A program made the translations under genes and the position numbers. Below, piece after piece: positions 10,770 to 21,660 of a DNA stretch of 64,000 nucleotides. Source of the DNA: Nitrospirota bacterium (GTDB lineage Bacteria > Nitrospirota > Thermodesulfovibrionia > Thermodesulfovibrionales > Dissulfurispiraceae); NCBI GenBank assembly GCA_963710375.1, contig CAVPZX010000003.1, positions 352,001 through 416,000 on the forward strand, in the 5' to 3' direction. The notes beneath the pieces are model-generated. The model was not told where the DNA came from, ran no database searches, and saw nothing but the letters and a program-made list of their open reading frames with translations. How positions within the stretch are numbered: position 1 is the first letter of the stretch; every line of letters begins with the position of its first letter.

Positions 10770-11054
10770 ATGGCACATAAAAAAGGTGTTGGAAGCTCAA
10801 GAAACGGTCGTGACAGCGATGCGCAGAGGCTCGGTGTAAAAAGATTCGGTGGAGAGTTTGTGCGTGCAGGCAGCATTATTGTGCGCCAGCGCGGAACAAA
10901 GGTCCATAAGGGTAACAATGTCGGCATCGGCTCGGATGATACCCTCTTTGCATTAATAGATGGCGTGGTAAAGTTTGAGAGGAAAGACAAGACTAGAAAA
11001 AAGGTCAGTGTATATCCGGTAACGGAAGCGCAGCAATCACCGGCTTTGGTATAG
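10770..11054 (+). CDS. rpmA: 50S ribosomal protein L27
   Basis: [16 protein letters not shown]. Confidence 0.98.
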   Translation: MAHKKGVGSSRNGRDSDAQRLGVKRFGGEFVRAGSIIVRQRGTKVHKGNNVGIGSDDTLFALIDGVVKFERKDKTRKKVSVYPVTEAQQSPALV

Positions 11055-11080
11055 AAGAATCCCGAACACAAAGGACGCGT

Positions 11081-11111
11081 AAAGGCGGGTCATCGTGACC
11101 TGCCTTTTTTT
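11081..11111 (+). terminator. Rho-independent terminator-like hairpin between rpmA and obgE
   Basis: aaaggcgggtca-tcg-tgacctgccttt followed by a T run. Confidence 0.7.
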
Positions 11112-11115
11112 ATTT

Positions 11116-12126
11116 ATGAAATTCATAGACTACGCAAAAATATATGTCAAGGCCGGCGATGGCGGCAGAGGATGCATGAGCTTTCGCAGGGAGAAACATG
11201 TGCCGAGAGGAGGACCTAATGGAGGGGATGGCGGCAGGGGAGGACATATTATTTTCCGTGCGGCAAAAGAGTTGAATACCTTGCTTGACCTCCGCTACCA
11301 GAGAGAATACAGAGCTGAAAGAGGAGAACATGGCAAGGGCAGTAACAAACACGGCAAGGATGGTATTGACATGGTTATACCTGTGCCGGTCGGAACATTG
11401 ATCAAAGACGCTGAAAGCGGACAGATAATCGCCGATCTCGATCACGATGGCGCTGAAGTGATTGCAGCTAAGTCCGGGAGGGGAGGGCTGGGCAATTCTC
11501 ATTTCGCTACCTCTACGCGCCAGGCGCCAAGGTTTGCCCAGCCGGGCGAACAGGGTGAAGAGAAATGGCTCGAACTCGAATTAAAGCTTCTTGCCGACGT
11601 AGGTCTTGTCGGACTTCCTAACGCAGGGAAATCCACGCTGATATCTGTGATTTCGGCTGCGAGGCCGAAAATTGCCGATTACCCTTTTACTACTCTCGTA
11701 CCGAATTTGGGTGTAGTCAAGATGGAAGACCTTGGCAGCTTCGTGGTGGCTGATATCCCAGGCATAATAGAAGGAGCGCACACAGGAACTGGGCTAGGCT
11801 TTCAGTTCCTCCGCCACATCGAGCGGACAGCTATCCTGCTCCACCTTGTTGATATTTCCGATACTGTGACGTCGGATCCTGTAGAGGATTTTGAAAATAT
11901 AACCAGGGAATTAGTATTATATAGCGCTGACCTTGCAGGAAAGCCGGTGGCAGTAGCGGGAACAAAACTCGACATAGTTCACGATGGAACGAGGCTACGC
12001 AGACTAAGTGAGTACTGCAAAGAAAATGGACTCGATTTTTTTCCTGTCTCTGCTGTTGCAGGCGAAGGGATAAGGCAGTTAGTCACTTATTTGTCAAATA
12101 AAGTTGAAGAACGGAGAAACGGATAG
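11116..12126 (+). CDS. obgE: GTPase ObgE/CgtA
   Basis: Gly-rich Obg fold, GLPNAGKST, YPFTT, DIPG; start placed at MKFID. Confidence 0.97.
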   Translation: MKFIDYAKIYVKAGDGGRGCMSFRREKHVPRGGPNGGDGGRGGHIIFRAAKELNTLLDLRYQREYRAERGEHGKGSNKHGKDGIDMVIPVPVGTLIKDAESGQIIADLDHDGAEVIAAKSGRGGLGNSHFATSTRQAPRFAQPGEQGEEKWLELELKLLADVGLVGLPNAGKSTLISVISAARPKIADYPFTTLVPNLGVVKMEDLGSFVVADIPGIIEGAHTGTGLGFQFLRHIERTAILLHLVDISDTVTSDPVEDFENITRELVLYSADLAGKPVAVAGTKLDIVHDGTRLRRLSEYCKENGLDFFPVSAVAGEGIRQLVTYLSNKVEERRNG

Positions 12127-12129
12127 GGA

Positions 12130-13230
12130 ATGGCGCGAATAGTCATAAAAATAGGCAGTAACATATTGACCGAGGCGTCGGGAGGGCTGAATCATAAAAG
12201 GATTGATGCTATTGCCGGTGATATTTCCGTTGTATGCGACGGCGGGCATGAAGTCGTGATAGTTTCTTCGGGTGCTGTTGCAGCAGGCATGAAGAAACTC
12301 GGCATCAAAATAAGGCCCACAGAAATAAGGCTCAAACAGGCCGCTGCAGCAATAGGACAATCATCTCTCATGTGGGCCTATGAAAAAAGCTTCGAGACCT
12401 GCGGGAAAAAGGTGGCGCAAGTTCTCCTCACGCGAGAGGATTTTTCCGACCGGGTGCGTTACCTCAACTCCAGAAATACACTCGTCACTCTCCTTTCTTA
12501 TTCCATTATTCCTGTCATTAATGAGAATGACACTGTAGCCACTGATGAGATCAGGTTTGGAGACAATGATCATATCGCCGCACTTGTATCCGGACTTATT
12601 GATGCTGAAAGGCTTATCATCCTGTCCGACGTCGAGGGACTTTACCCTGTTGATCCAAAAAAGAGCCGGGATGCAAAAATCATTTCCTTGGTAGATGAAA
12701 TCACTCCTGAAGTGGAGGCTGCGGCTGGCGGAGCAGGAAGCGCCGTCGGAACAGGCGGTATGTACTCAAAGGTGCTTGCTGCAAAAAAGGCGCTTTCATA
12801 TGGAATAAAAGTAAATATTATAAGCGGCAGAAAAAAGGGACTCATTGCTTCCCTTCTGACAGGCCAACATCACGGAACAGAGTTCAGGCCGCAGATGAAA
12901 AAAATATCTTCCAGAAAGGGCTGGATCGCCTATGCTATAAAACCTAGGGGGTCTCTTACTATCGATGACGGGGCGGTCCATGCTGTACAAAAGTCCGGCA
13001 AGAGTTTGTTGCCCTCAGGTATAGTGAGCGTTGACGGGACGTTCAATACGGGTGACGCGGTAAACTGCATGGATTCAAGGGGCAAACGTATTGCAAAAGG
13101 GATCGTAAATTATTCTGCAGCCGATATAGAAAAAATCAAAGGTAGAAAGACCTCCGAGATAGAACAGATTCTCGGCTATAAGTATTCCGATGAAATAATC
13201 CACAGAGACAATATGGTGGTGGTCTCCTGA
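12130..13230 (+). CDS. proB: Glutamate 5-kinase with PUA domain
   Basis: VIKIGS, SSGAVAAG, NENDTV, FGDND, GTGGM. Confidence 0.97.
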   Translation: MARIVIKIGSNILTEASGGLNHKRIDAIAGDISVVCDGGHEVVIVSSGAVAAGMKKLGIKIRPTEIRLKQAAAAIGQSSLMWAYEKSFETCGKKVAQVLLTREDFSDRVRYLNSRNTLVTLLSYSIIPVINENDTVATDEIRFGDNDHIAALVSGLIDAERLIILSDVEGLYPVDPKKSRDAKIISLVDEITPEVEAAAGGAGSAVGTGGMYSKVLAAKKALSYGIKVNIISGRKKGLIASLLTGQHHGTEFRPQMKKISSRKGWIAYAIKPRGSLTIDDGAVHAVQKSGKSLLPSGIVSVDGTFNTGDAVNCMDSRGKRIAKGIVNYSAADIEKIKGRKTSEIEQILGYKYSDEIIHRDNMVVVS

Positions 13231-13252
13231 TTCCGACGAGTTGTTCAAGGTT

Positions 13253-13282
13253 GATGCATGCAAGTTATTTATTCGCAGACCC
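13253..13282. mobile_element. MITE terminal inverted repeat remnant supplying the C-terminus and stop of kinase copy 2
   Basis: tgcaagttatttattcgcagaccc followed by TAA matches the MITE right end tgcaagttatttattcgcgagccc-TAA. Confidence 0.8.
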
Positions 13283-16200
13283 TAAGACTCCTGAGTCTTT
13301 GATTTTAGCGTCCAGTAACTCAAGCTGGCTTTCAAGTTCAGGCATAAGTACAATCAGTGTCTCCAGTTTCCCTTTTTCTCCGGCCTGCTGCATATCAGCT
13401 GCTATTGCGCTCATTGCCACACATCCTGTGTTGGCCGCTGCCCCCTTGATCTTGTGGGCTTCTCTCCCTGCAAGTTCCGCATCGCCCAGCACGATCTGTT
13501 CCCTTAGTTCATCAAGCATCTGGGGGATTCCCTCCATGAATGCCGCAACAATTGTTCCGGCAAGACCCTTGTCATCCATTATGCGCTCCAAAAGCCCGGC
13601 ATAGTCAAAGACCGGCAATGCTCCCACTGCTGTTTTTCTATGGTACACATCAGTTGTCAATGGCAACTTGACCCGGGCCTGTGGCAGCCATTTCTCGAGC
13701 ACCTTAGCCACTTCCTGCAGCGAGATCGGCTTTGAGATATAATCGTCCATCCCCTCTTGCAGACATTTCTCCCTGTCACCCTTCATGGCATGGGCTGTCA
13801 TTGCAATAATAGGTACATTTGGATTCGCTGCCTTTGTCTTGCCACTCCGGATAACCTTGGTCGCCTGATACCCATCCATAACAGGCATCTGAACATCCAT
13901 GAAGACTATGTCGTAAGAAGCAGCTTCCAGCATATTGATCGCCTGCTGGCCATTGTCAGCGGTGTCAGCAATAAACCCCAATTTCCCCAGAATGCCCTCT
14001 GCCACCAGTTTATTCACTTTGTTATCCTCCACCAGTAGAATGCGCGCATTCTGCCTGGATGCCTCACGAAGCCGGTGTCCGGTAATAATAGCGGCTTCCT
14101 CCTTTTCATGCAGACTGCTCCCACCAAGGACTGCGGCTATGCAGTCATGCAGTTGGAACATCCTTACAGGTTTGGTTAGATATCCAGAAAATCCAAGGCT
14201 CGCAAACCTCTTTGAATCTCCCCTCACTCCACTGGATGTCAGCATAATCAGCAAAGTATCCCTCAAAACAGGGTCTGCCTTGATGGCCCTGGCAAGGGCT
14301 TCGCCGTTCATGCCAGGCATTTGCATATCAGTAACTACAACCCTAAAGGGGTCCCCTTCAGCTTGAGCGGTATGAAGCATCTCCATTGCCGTTAAAGCTC
14401 CCCCGGCCTCTGCATGGCGCACCCCCCACGACTTCATCTGCTCTGCAATTACAATGCGGTTCACCGCATTGTCGTCTACTGACAGTATCCTCACCCCGCT
14501 GATATCGGCAAATGGAGGCACTTCTCCCCTGTCCGGCTGACTCCCCTTATCGAACACTGCTGTAAACCAGAAGTTGGAACCTTTCCCTTCTATGCTTTCA
14601 ACCCCAATCCTGCCGTTCATTAGCTCAACCAGACGCCTAGATATTGCCAACCCTAGACCGCTGCCTCCAAACTTCCTCGATGTCGAGGCATCAACCTGCT
14701 GAAAACTGTCAAACAATAAAGGCAGTTTGTCTTCTGGTATCCCAATGCCGGTATCCCTAATATTGAAGCGCACCGCAATTTGACCGTCTCTCTCATATTC
14801 CGCCACTGCTTCGATAACCACCTCGCCCACTGAGGTGAACTTGATGGCATTCCCTATCAGGTTCACTAATACCTGGCGAAGCCGGCCAGGGTCGCCTATA
14901 AGGAATGTGTGGACGCCGGGGTCTATCCGGCATATTAACTCAAGACCCTTTTCATAGGCCCTCAAGGCCATAAACTCAGCAGTCTCTTCAAGCGTGTTTC
15001 TCAGATCAAACTCTATTGTCTCTATCTCCAGTTTGCCTGCCTCTATTTTGGAGAAGTCAAGGATATCGTTGATCAGGCCCAGCAACAACTCCCCGCTTGA
15101 GCGCAGCATCTCGGCATAGTTCCTCTGCTCCTCAGAAAGCCCTGTGTCTAGAAGCAAGCCATTCATACCCATTATGCCGTTCATTGGGGTGCGGATTTCA
15201 TGGCTCATGTTTGCAAGGAACTCGCTCTTTGCCACATTTGCGGCTTCGGCAGCTATCTTCGCCCTTTTGAGTTCCTCTTCCACAAGCTTGCGCTCCGCTA
15301 TCTCTTCCTTTAACTGTTCATTGCTCTGACGCAGCGCCCTGGCCGCCAGCCTCTCCTGTGTGACATCGCGGAGTATGCAGATACGTGCTATCAAGCGATC
15401 ATGTTCCAACATGAGCGATGCCGAAATTTCGAGCGTCAACTCCTGACCACGTGGACGGCGGTACAGAAGCTCGACATGCCGCACCATACCCTGAGTGCTT
15501 TTGGGATCGAAGACCTCACGGGATGTCTCCACGGGGAAAAACTCGAAAACGTTATGACCCAGGAGATCCTGGGCCTCATGACCGAGGAGGGCAATGGCAG
15601 CGCTATTCACAACACGAATAATGCCGTCTTCTTCGAGGACGATCAACGAGTCGTTCATCGATTTGATAATGTTATCGGTGTATTCCCGTGATGCGACAAT
15701 CTCTCCCTGAGATTTCTGAAGGGCTTCCGTCATCTTGTTAAACGAATGACCAAGGCGTTCCAACTCGTCTCCTGTCGCTATTTCCGCTCTGGCAGTCAGG
15801 TCCCCTGCTGCCACACGCTGAGTTACATTGTCCAGTGCACTGATTGGCTGGCTCAGCTTTCTTGCAAAGTATAGTGAAGCAGCCATGCCGGCCATGATAC
15901 AGAGAATAGCGAGCCAAAAAGTTCGGATATACATGTTTTTGACATCGTCATGATATTTTTTAAGCGACAAGCCTATGTGTATCCATCCCCAGTCAATCCC
16001 TGAATATTTGAAAGGATAGGAATAATGAAATACTTCCTGCCCTACCAGGTCGCTTTTCAGGAATTGGCTTTTCGCCAGCCTATCGGTCGAGGGGTTCCAG
16101 ATGCCTGCGAGTTGCAGCTGTTTCCACCCACTTGAAGTCTGTACAAGCGAAAATCCATCGCGTCGGGTTATCACTACATAAAGAATAGAAGAACTTTCTT

Positions 16201-16459
16201 TGACCACTCGCATGCAATGTTCAATCACTGTACCATAGTCTTCGGAAATAACCGCACCCGCAGCAACCTGATCAATAGATGTAACTATGTTTCTGGCCTC
16301 CGATTTCATGTTGTCGATAATGATCTTTTTCTGGTAAGAGAGGGTTGAGACAACATATGTTCCAAGGGTCAGAATAATCAAAAGCCACGAGAGCATGGTC
16401 GTGCGCAGAAGTATCCTGTTTTTCCAAAACCTTGCCTTATTAGTACGTCGAGATATCAT
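13265..16459 (-). CDS. Hybrid sensor histidine kinase copy 2 (TM-periplasmic-TM-HAMP-PAS-HisKA-HATPase-REC-REC-HPt)
   Basis: Same output cassette as copy 1; HAMP ([12 protein letters not shown]); start moved to ATG 16459 after a GAGGAG RBS. Confidence 0.93.
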   Translation of the reverse strand: MISRRTNKARFWKNRILLRTTMLSWLLIILTLGTYVVSTLSYQKKIIIDNMKSEARNIVTSIDQVAAGAVISEDYGTVIEHCMRVVKESSSILYVVITRRDGFSLVQTSSGWKQLQLAGIWNPSTDRLAKSQFLKSDLVGQEVFHYSYPFKYSGIDWGWIHIGLSLKKYHDDVKNMYIRTFWLAILCIMAGMAASLYFARKLSQPISALDNVTQRVAAGDLTARAEIATGDELERLGHSFNKMTEALQKSQGEIVASREYTDNIIKSMNDSLIVLEEDGIIRVVNSAAIALLGHEAQDLLGHNVFEFFPVETSREVFDPKSTQGMVRHVELLYRRPRGQELTLEISASLMLEHDRLIARICILRDVTQERLAARALRQSNEQLKEEIAERKLVEEELKRAKIAAEAANVAKSEFLANMSHEIRTPMNGIMGMNGLLLDTGLSEEQRNYAEMLRSSGELLLGLINDILDFSKIEAGKLEIETIEFDLRNTLEETAEFMALRAYEKGLELICRIDPGVHTFLIGDPGRLRQVLVNLIGNAIKFTSVGEVVIEAVAEYERDGQIAVRFNIRDTGIGIPEDKLPLLFDSFQQVDASTSRKFGGSGLGLAISRRLVELMNGRIGVESIEGKGSNFWFTAVFDKGSQPDRGEVPPFADISGVRILSVDDNAVNRIVIAEQMKSWGVRHAEAGGALTAMEMLHTAQAEGDPFRVVVTDMQMPGMNGEALARAIKADPVLRDTLLIMLTSSGVRGDSKRFASLGFSGYLTKPVRMFQLHDCIAAVLGGSSLHEKEEAAIITGHRLREASRQNARILLVEDNKVNKLVAEGILGKLGFIADTADNGQQAINMLEAASYDIVFMDVQMPVMDGYQATKVIRSGKTKAANPNVPIIAMTAHAMKGDREKCLQEGMDDYISKPISLQEVAKVLEKWLPQARVKLPLTTDVYHRKTAVGALPVFDYAGLLERIMDDKGLAGTIVAAFMEGIPQMLDELREQIVLGDAELAGREAHKIKGAAANTGCVAMSAIAADMQQAGEKGKLETLIVLMPELESQLELLDAKIKDSGVLGSANK

Positions 16460-16481
16460 ACTCCTCACTACAATATTATTA

Positions 16482-17444
16482 TTATCTGCGCTTCCTGGCC
16501 AACGTCCCCCCACGATGCTGATTATACTTATTAAGCAAGGCAACAGTAGTATCAAGCATCCCAGGTTTAAAGGCCTCTATAGTGTCTATCTGGAAAAGGG
16601 TGAGAATTTGTTTCCCTGCGGGGGTAGTGGACATGTTCAGAGCAGCCTTGATTATCTGTGCTTTGATATCGGAACTCAGATTCTTATTGAAACATAACAT
16701 TCCGTACAGGAGTTTATCGGAACTCGAAAGAACCATCAGTTCATTTCCCAGTTGCGGGTTGAGTTCGACCATCGTGTTAAAGAAGCTTTTGCCTACAAGA
16801 CAGACATCAGCCTGCCTGAAAAAGACAGGCAGCACAGCCTGAGATGCTTTCTTCACTTCCCGGACAGACGCAAAAAACCTGTCTCGGTCAGGGAGGTGCT
16901 TGCCGGTTAAAACATTACTCAGCCAGATGTAGGCATCGTCGAGCATGAGGTTAGCGTGAACCACTAATCTCTTGCCTTTAAGTTGACCTATATCTGTGAT
17001 CCCGTGTTCCCGCCGCACAATAAGCACCAGTTCATCGCCGTATGTTGTATCTCGCTTACTTCCCACAAGGGCTGGTTCCAATGGGACTTTATCCCTGATT
17101 TTCAGGTAGTCCATTACTGTCAAGGCGATAAGGTCAGTTTCCCTGTTCTTCAGGGCTTGTACCATGTATTGTGAGTCTCCATACAGTACAGGCTTCGCCA
17201 GCATTTTGAGCTTTGTAGTTTTAGTAATCTCCCTTGTCCATAGCTGAAGGGCAGCCATAGCATCAGCCTCGCTCACGACATCATTGAGAAGCTTAGTCGA
17301 GTAGCCGACCCTGAGGTTTTCCGGCGAATACTCGTCATTTTCACATTTCCCCTCTTTTGTGCAAAGAACCATACATGCAACAATCAAGCAGATGTGCAAT
17401 ATAAGCTTTCTGCGGTTTTTATACCTTTTCCGAAAGACACCCAT
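16482..17444 (-). CDS. PhnD/SsuA-like periplasmic substrate-binding protein
   Basis: Signal peptide; AVLPVFFRQADVCLV, ELNPQLG, GKQILTLFQID pattern of kinase-associated phosphonate-binding-like proteins. Confidence 0.75.
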   Translation of the reverse strand: MGVFRKRYKNRRKLILHICLIVACMVLCTKEGKCENDEYSPENLRVGYSTKLLNDVVSEADAMAALQLWTREITKTTKLKMLAKPVLYGDSQYMVQALKNRETDLIALTVMDYLKIRDKVPLEPALVGSKRDTTYGDELVLIVRREHGITDIGQLKGKRLVVHANLMLDDAYIWLSNVLTGKHLPDRDRFFASVREVKKASQAVLPVFFRQADVCLVGKSFFNTMVELNPQLGNELMVLSSSDKLLYGMLCFNKNLSSDIKAQIIKAALNMSTTPAGKQILTLFQIDTIEAFKPGMLDTTVALLNKYNQHRGGTLARKRR

Positions 17445-17745
17445 CTTACCTCCTGTTCTCCAGCCAACCTTGCTTTAAGATATAGATGCTTCCTCACGTC
17501 AAACGCTAAAGAATACAATCAAGATATAATATACCATACACTAATGCTATTTCCTGCCAGACAACAGGAATCGTCCCGTTTTGGCTTGTCTCTACGGCCA
17601 GCTTTTTATTTTTTAGGTCAGTTAGCCGGTTTATTCCGCGATCCGTTCTTACAGGGAGCAGAAATTTATGGTAAAAGTCCTTACCGCAATCGGCAACATA
17701 GATAGGCTCAAGAGGGACCCTGTTGCTATTGTAAACCTAAGATAT

Positions 17746-19272
17746 TTATTCCTTATCTTTGCCCCAGAGCAGCGTTTGCACTTCCTTGCCTACCACATAG
17801 TCCAGATGTGCTTGCGTCTCAATGTGGTCGTAGAGCGTCTTTTGGTATTGTGCTCTTAGGAAAGACTCAACCAGTTGTGCCTCTATGACATCCTTGGTTT
17901 CAACCAAGTCCTCCTGGTATGCGCGTTCGTTCAGGTCCCTGTTCTCCTCAGCCGCCTTGGCTGCCTCGCCTGCTGATCGCTGCTGCTCCTGCGCACTGAT
18001 CATTAATGTGAAAATATACTTAATTTGCAGTGCAATACCCTCGCGCAGAAGAACCTTTTCATCTGATAGTTGTCCAAGTCGTGCGACAGCCTCCCTTATT
18101 TCCCCTTTAGTCCGAAAACCGCTGAACAGAGGGAGTTCAAGAGCGATCCCCACGTTCCAGCTATTCTTGTTGTTAGGAGTAACTATACCCATATCGTAGG
18201 CATTTTGAATGTTTTCGAGGTTGCCGATAAATGCCACTTTGGGGAAATACCCGCTCTTTGCTTCGTCTATGTGTGCCTCAGCAGCATTTAAACCCTCTTG
18301 CATCTTAGCCCAGTCAGGGTTGAAGGAATAGGCATTGCTTACCAGTGCCGCGAGATTCCCACGGTAAGGGTTAAAGGGGATATCAGATTCAGAAACTTGC
18401 ACCTGGGTGTCCCAATCCAACCCCATAGTATTGGTTAATGCTGCAAGTGTAATGTCTTCATTTGCCTTCAGGTAGGAGACTGCAGAACGCAGCCCCTCGA
18501 CTACCGACTTATTCCTTAGATAGTCTGTCTTCTTAACCCTGCCTGAACCGGTCTTGTATAATTTCTCAGTAAGCTCAAGGGTGACATCCATGCGCTGTAA
18601 GGCCTCGCTGCCGATCCGATATAGCTCGCGAGCTAGGACGGCGCCGTAATACATCCGTTTCACGTCATAGATGACCTGAAGGTCTGTTCGCCTTGCTTCC
18701 TGTTTTGCAGCCTCAAGACCGCTCCGGGCCTGTTTGACAACGGCAGAACGCTGACCGCCTGTGTACAGGGGGTAGGTAACGTTCAATGTGGTCATAAGAG
18801 TTGTCTTATCCAGGAGTTTTACATCCTGCTGCGGGACGTTGGTGGACTGTGCGGGGACATTGATTGGCAAAGGACCCAAAGGGGTATTTGCGATGACCGT
18901 TGACGCCGGCGTGTTGACTGTTGAGGCTGGGAAAAGGAAGTCAGGCCGCTTGTTCATATAAGAGTAGGAAGATCTCAAGGCAGCTTGAGGCCAATAGGAC
19001 GACAGTGCCTGCTGAAGTTGGGCTTCAGATATTTCCACAGCGAACTGTGACATGGGACGTGTCCGGTTTTTATTAAGGGCAATCTCGATGCTTTCCTGGA
19101 GTGTCACGCTCCGTACCTTTTGCCCGCTATTTGCCTCCTTAGTGATCTGTAGTTGTCCCGCTGGGGATTCTTCCGATGCTGTTGAGGTCAGGGGAATGGC
19201 TGATACAAGTGCAATAATCAGTACTTCAAGCAGGATGAATGTCTTTCTCGGCTTCATGTCGTTCTCCTTCAT
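17746..19272 (-). CDS. TolC family outer membrane protein
   Basis: Signal peptide, two OEP repeats (YPLYTGG, LPLFSG). Confidence 0.88.
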   Translation of the reverse strand: MKENDMKPRKTFILLEVLIIALVSAIPLTSTASEESPAGQLQITKEANSGQKVRSVTLQESIEIALNKNRTRPMSQFAVEISEAQLQQALSSYWPQAALRSSYSYMNKRPDFLFPASTVNTPASTVIANTPLGPLPINVPAQSTNVPQQDVKLLDKTTLMTTLNVTYPLYTGGQRSAVVKQARSGLEAAKQEARRTDLQVIYDVKRMYYGAVLARELYRIGSEALQRMDVTLELTEKLYKTGSGRVKKTDYLRNKSVVEGLRSAVSYLKANEDITLAALTNTMGLDWDTQVQVSESDIPFNPYRGNLAALVSNAYSFNPDWAKMQEGLNAAEAHIDEAKSGYFPKVAFIGNLENIQNAYDMGIVTPNNKNSWNVGIALELPLFSGFRTKGEIREAVARLGQLSDEKVLLREGIALQIKYIFTLMISAQEQQRSAGEAAKAAEENRDLNERAYQEDLVETKDVIEAQLVESFLRAQYQKTLYDHIETQAHLDYVVGKEVQTLLWGKDKE

Positions 19273-19567
19273 AAAATAAATATTCTTGAAATATCGTCAC
19301 TATAAAGATATTCCGTGTCACTTGTTTTTTATCGGGAAACGTCTCATATCCTTTAATAGCGCTAATGAAGAATAGGTGACATTCCTATAGTTGCACAAAA
19401 GAATACTGCATTATAATCGAGTCTGCCCGCAGAAAAAGGAGGCATGATTTGCAAAAATTCAGGCTTGGCCGGGGAGAAAATTACAAGCCCGCGACTGAAT
19501 ATACTATTAGAGGTGTTTGCTGGTATAACCGGATCGAACCTTCCTTACTTTGCACCAACTAGCCAGA

Positions 19568-21658
19568 TCAACTCAATCTAGAAAAGTCCGCGATCTGAAC
19601 GGCAAGCTGCTGTATGGTTTTGAGCAGCGCGAGGCGGTTCTGCTTTATTTCCTCGTTCTTATCCATGATCAGCACCTTATCGAAAAATCCGTTTATTGGC
19701 TCTGTAAGCTCCTGGAGCACTTTGACCGCGTTATAGTAAAGGTGTTTTTTCACAAGGGAATTCACCTTTGCAGTGCGTGCTTCGGTCTCCTGGAAAAGTG
19801 ATTTCTCCTCCTCCTGGACGAACAGCGCTTTATCGGGACCCGGGACGTTGCCGCCGGGTGCTATATTGTTAATCCTTTTAAGAGCCAGAAGGAATGAGTC
19901 ATAAGCGCCTTCGGCCTTGAATTTCACAACCGAGTCGAGACGTTCTTTCACCGCAAAAAGAGGCTCATCTTTTATAAAATGCAGCACGGAGGACACGGCA
20001 TCATAAGGGTATCCGTTGGCCTGGAAGAGCGCCTCGGCTCTCTGTTCAAAGAACTTGATTATGCTGTCCTCGACAGCTTCTTTCTTTTTCAGTTTAAACG
20101 GCAGCAATGCCTTGTCCACGAGCGATGAAATCTGGAGCACGCACTTAGTATCTAGTAAAACGGCGATTATGCCGAGTGTTTGTCTCCTGAGGGCAAACGG
20201 GTCTTCCGATCCGGTAGGAGACAAGCCAAGCATGAAAAAGGATGCAACATTGTCAAGTTTATCGGAAAGACTTAATATAGAACCTATAGGGGTTTCCGGC
20301 AGACGGTCTCCTGAATAAGCAGGAAGATACTGTTCGGCAAGCGCCCGCGAGATCTTTTCGTCATGTCCCTCATGAGAGGCATAGTAGCTGCCCATTATCC
20401 CCTGAAGTTCGGGGAATTCTCTTACCACACCGGAAATAAGGTCTGTTTTTGACAGCAGTGCCGCTGTGTTGATGTCTTTCTTTTTTTCTTTAAAGCAGTG
20501 CGTTGCAATATGGTCAGCTATCAAAGCAATACGCATGGTTTTATCGTATAGTGTCCCGAGTTTCTCATGATATACGACTTTCTTGAGACCCTCAAGGCAT
20601 TGCTTGAGAGGAATATTCAGGTCATCTTCGTAATAAAAGCGCGCGTCTTCAAAGCGGGCCTTTAGAACACGCTCAGCTCCTTTCCTGACGTTTTCTGCAT
20701 TGCTCTGGGTTGTGTTGCTGACTACAATAAAATGATTGACCAGCCGCCCATCACGGTCCTCAAGGGCAAAATATTTCTGGTGCCCTTTCATAACCGTGGT
20801 AAGCAATTCTTTAGGAAGCCCAAGATATGCTTCGGAAAAAGTTCCGAGTACAGGGATCGGATATTCCACAAGAAAAACGACATGTTGTAAAAGCTCGGCA
20901 TCGTTTAACACAACGGCATGGACGGATGCCGCAAGCTTCTTGGACACCTCTGTTATTATCCTGGTTCTTTCTTCGGTATCCAGTATGACAAAATTGTTTC
21001 GCAGGAGATTAAAATAGGTCCTGGTATCTTTTATCTCGAACGCTGCCGGAGCAAGAAAACGGTGTCCACGTGTCATGCCTATGCTTTTAATCCCGTCTAT
21101 CTCAAATGGCACACGCTTATTGTTAAATAGGGCGAGAATCCAGTGAATAGGACGGGCGAACCTGAAATCTCCGTTACCCCACCGCATTGATTTCGGGAAG
21201 TGCAGCGTCTTGATGAGATCCGGCAATATTTCACGAAGAAGGGACTCGGTAGGTTTTGCCTGTTCCTTAATGATAGCTACTATGTAACTGCCTTTGCCTT
21301 TCTCTTTTTTTGAAATATCACTCAGTGATATGCCGTTGGCCTTTACAAAAGCTTCTGCTGCTTTAGTAGGATTTCCATCGCTGTCAAAGGCAACGTTCAC
21401 CGGCGGTCCCCATATCTCTCTTGCCAAAGCGTTTTGTGATGTATGAAGCTCCGCGACAAGAGACAGTCTCCTCGGTGTCGCATACGTTCGCAGGGAGTTG
21501 ACACCTATGGCAAAATCCGAAAAAAATTTTTCCGCATTTGTCTTGAGTTTTTCGATAGCTTCCGGCAGGAAGCGGGCTGGTATCTCTTCCGTCCCTATTT
21601 CAAGCAGAAGCTGCGGTTTTGTTTCAATGTTAATTTCCGGAGTTTTTTTCGGAGTCAT
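19568..21658 (-). CDS. glyS: Glycine-tRNA ligase beta subunit
   Basis: LLEIGTEEIPA, PKSMRWG, EFPELQG, SEDPFALRR. Confidence 0.97.
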   Translation of the reverse strand: MTPKKTPEINIETKPQLLLEIGTEEIPARFLPEAIEKLKTNAEKFFSDFAIGVNSLRTYATPRRLSLVAELHTSQNALAREIWGPPVNVAFDSDGNPTKAAEAFVKANGISLSDISKKEKGKGSYIVAIIKEQAKPTESLLREILPDLIKTLHFPKSMRWGNGDFRFARPIHWILALFNNKRVPFEIDGIKSIGMTRGHRFLAPAAFEIKDTRTYFNLLRNNFVILDTEERTRIITEVSKKLAASVHAVVLNDAELLQHVVFLVEYPIPVLGTFSEAYLGLPKELLTTVMKGHQKYFALEDRDGRLVNHFIVVSNTTQSNAENVRKGAERVLKARFEDARFYYEDDLNIPLKQCLEGLKKVVYHEKLGTLYDKTMRIALIADHIATHCFKEKKKDINTAALLSKTDLISGVVREFPELQGIMGSYYASHEGHDEKISRALAEQYLPAYSGDRLPETPIGSILSLSDKLDNVASFFMLGLSPTGSEDPFALRRQTLGIIAVLLDTKCVLQISSLVDKALLPFKLKKKEAVEDSIIKFFEQRAEALFQANGYPYDAVSSVLHFIKDEPLFAVKERLDSVVKFKAEGAYDSFLLALKRINNIAPGGNVPGPDKALFVQEEEKSLFQETEARTAKVNSLVKKHLYYNAVKVLQELTEPINGFFDKVLIMDKNEEIKQNRLALLKTIQQLAVQIADFSRLS

Positions 21659-21660
21659 GG

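Noticed and set aside
16460..16555. Longer start for kinase copy 2
   Set aside because: Overlaps the upstream gene; ATG 16459 has a good RBS
17445..17745. Possible riboswitch upstream of the binding-protein gene
   Set aside because: No recognisable aptamer core on either strand
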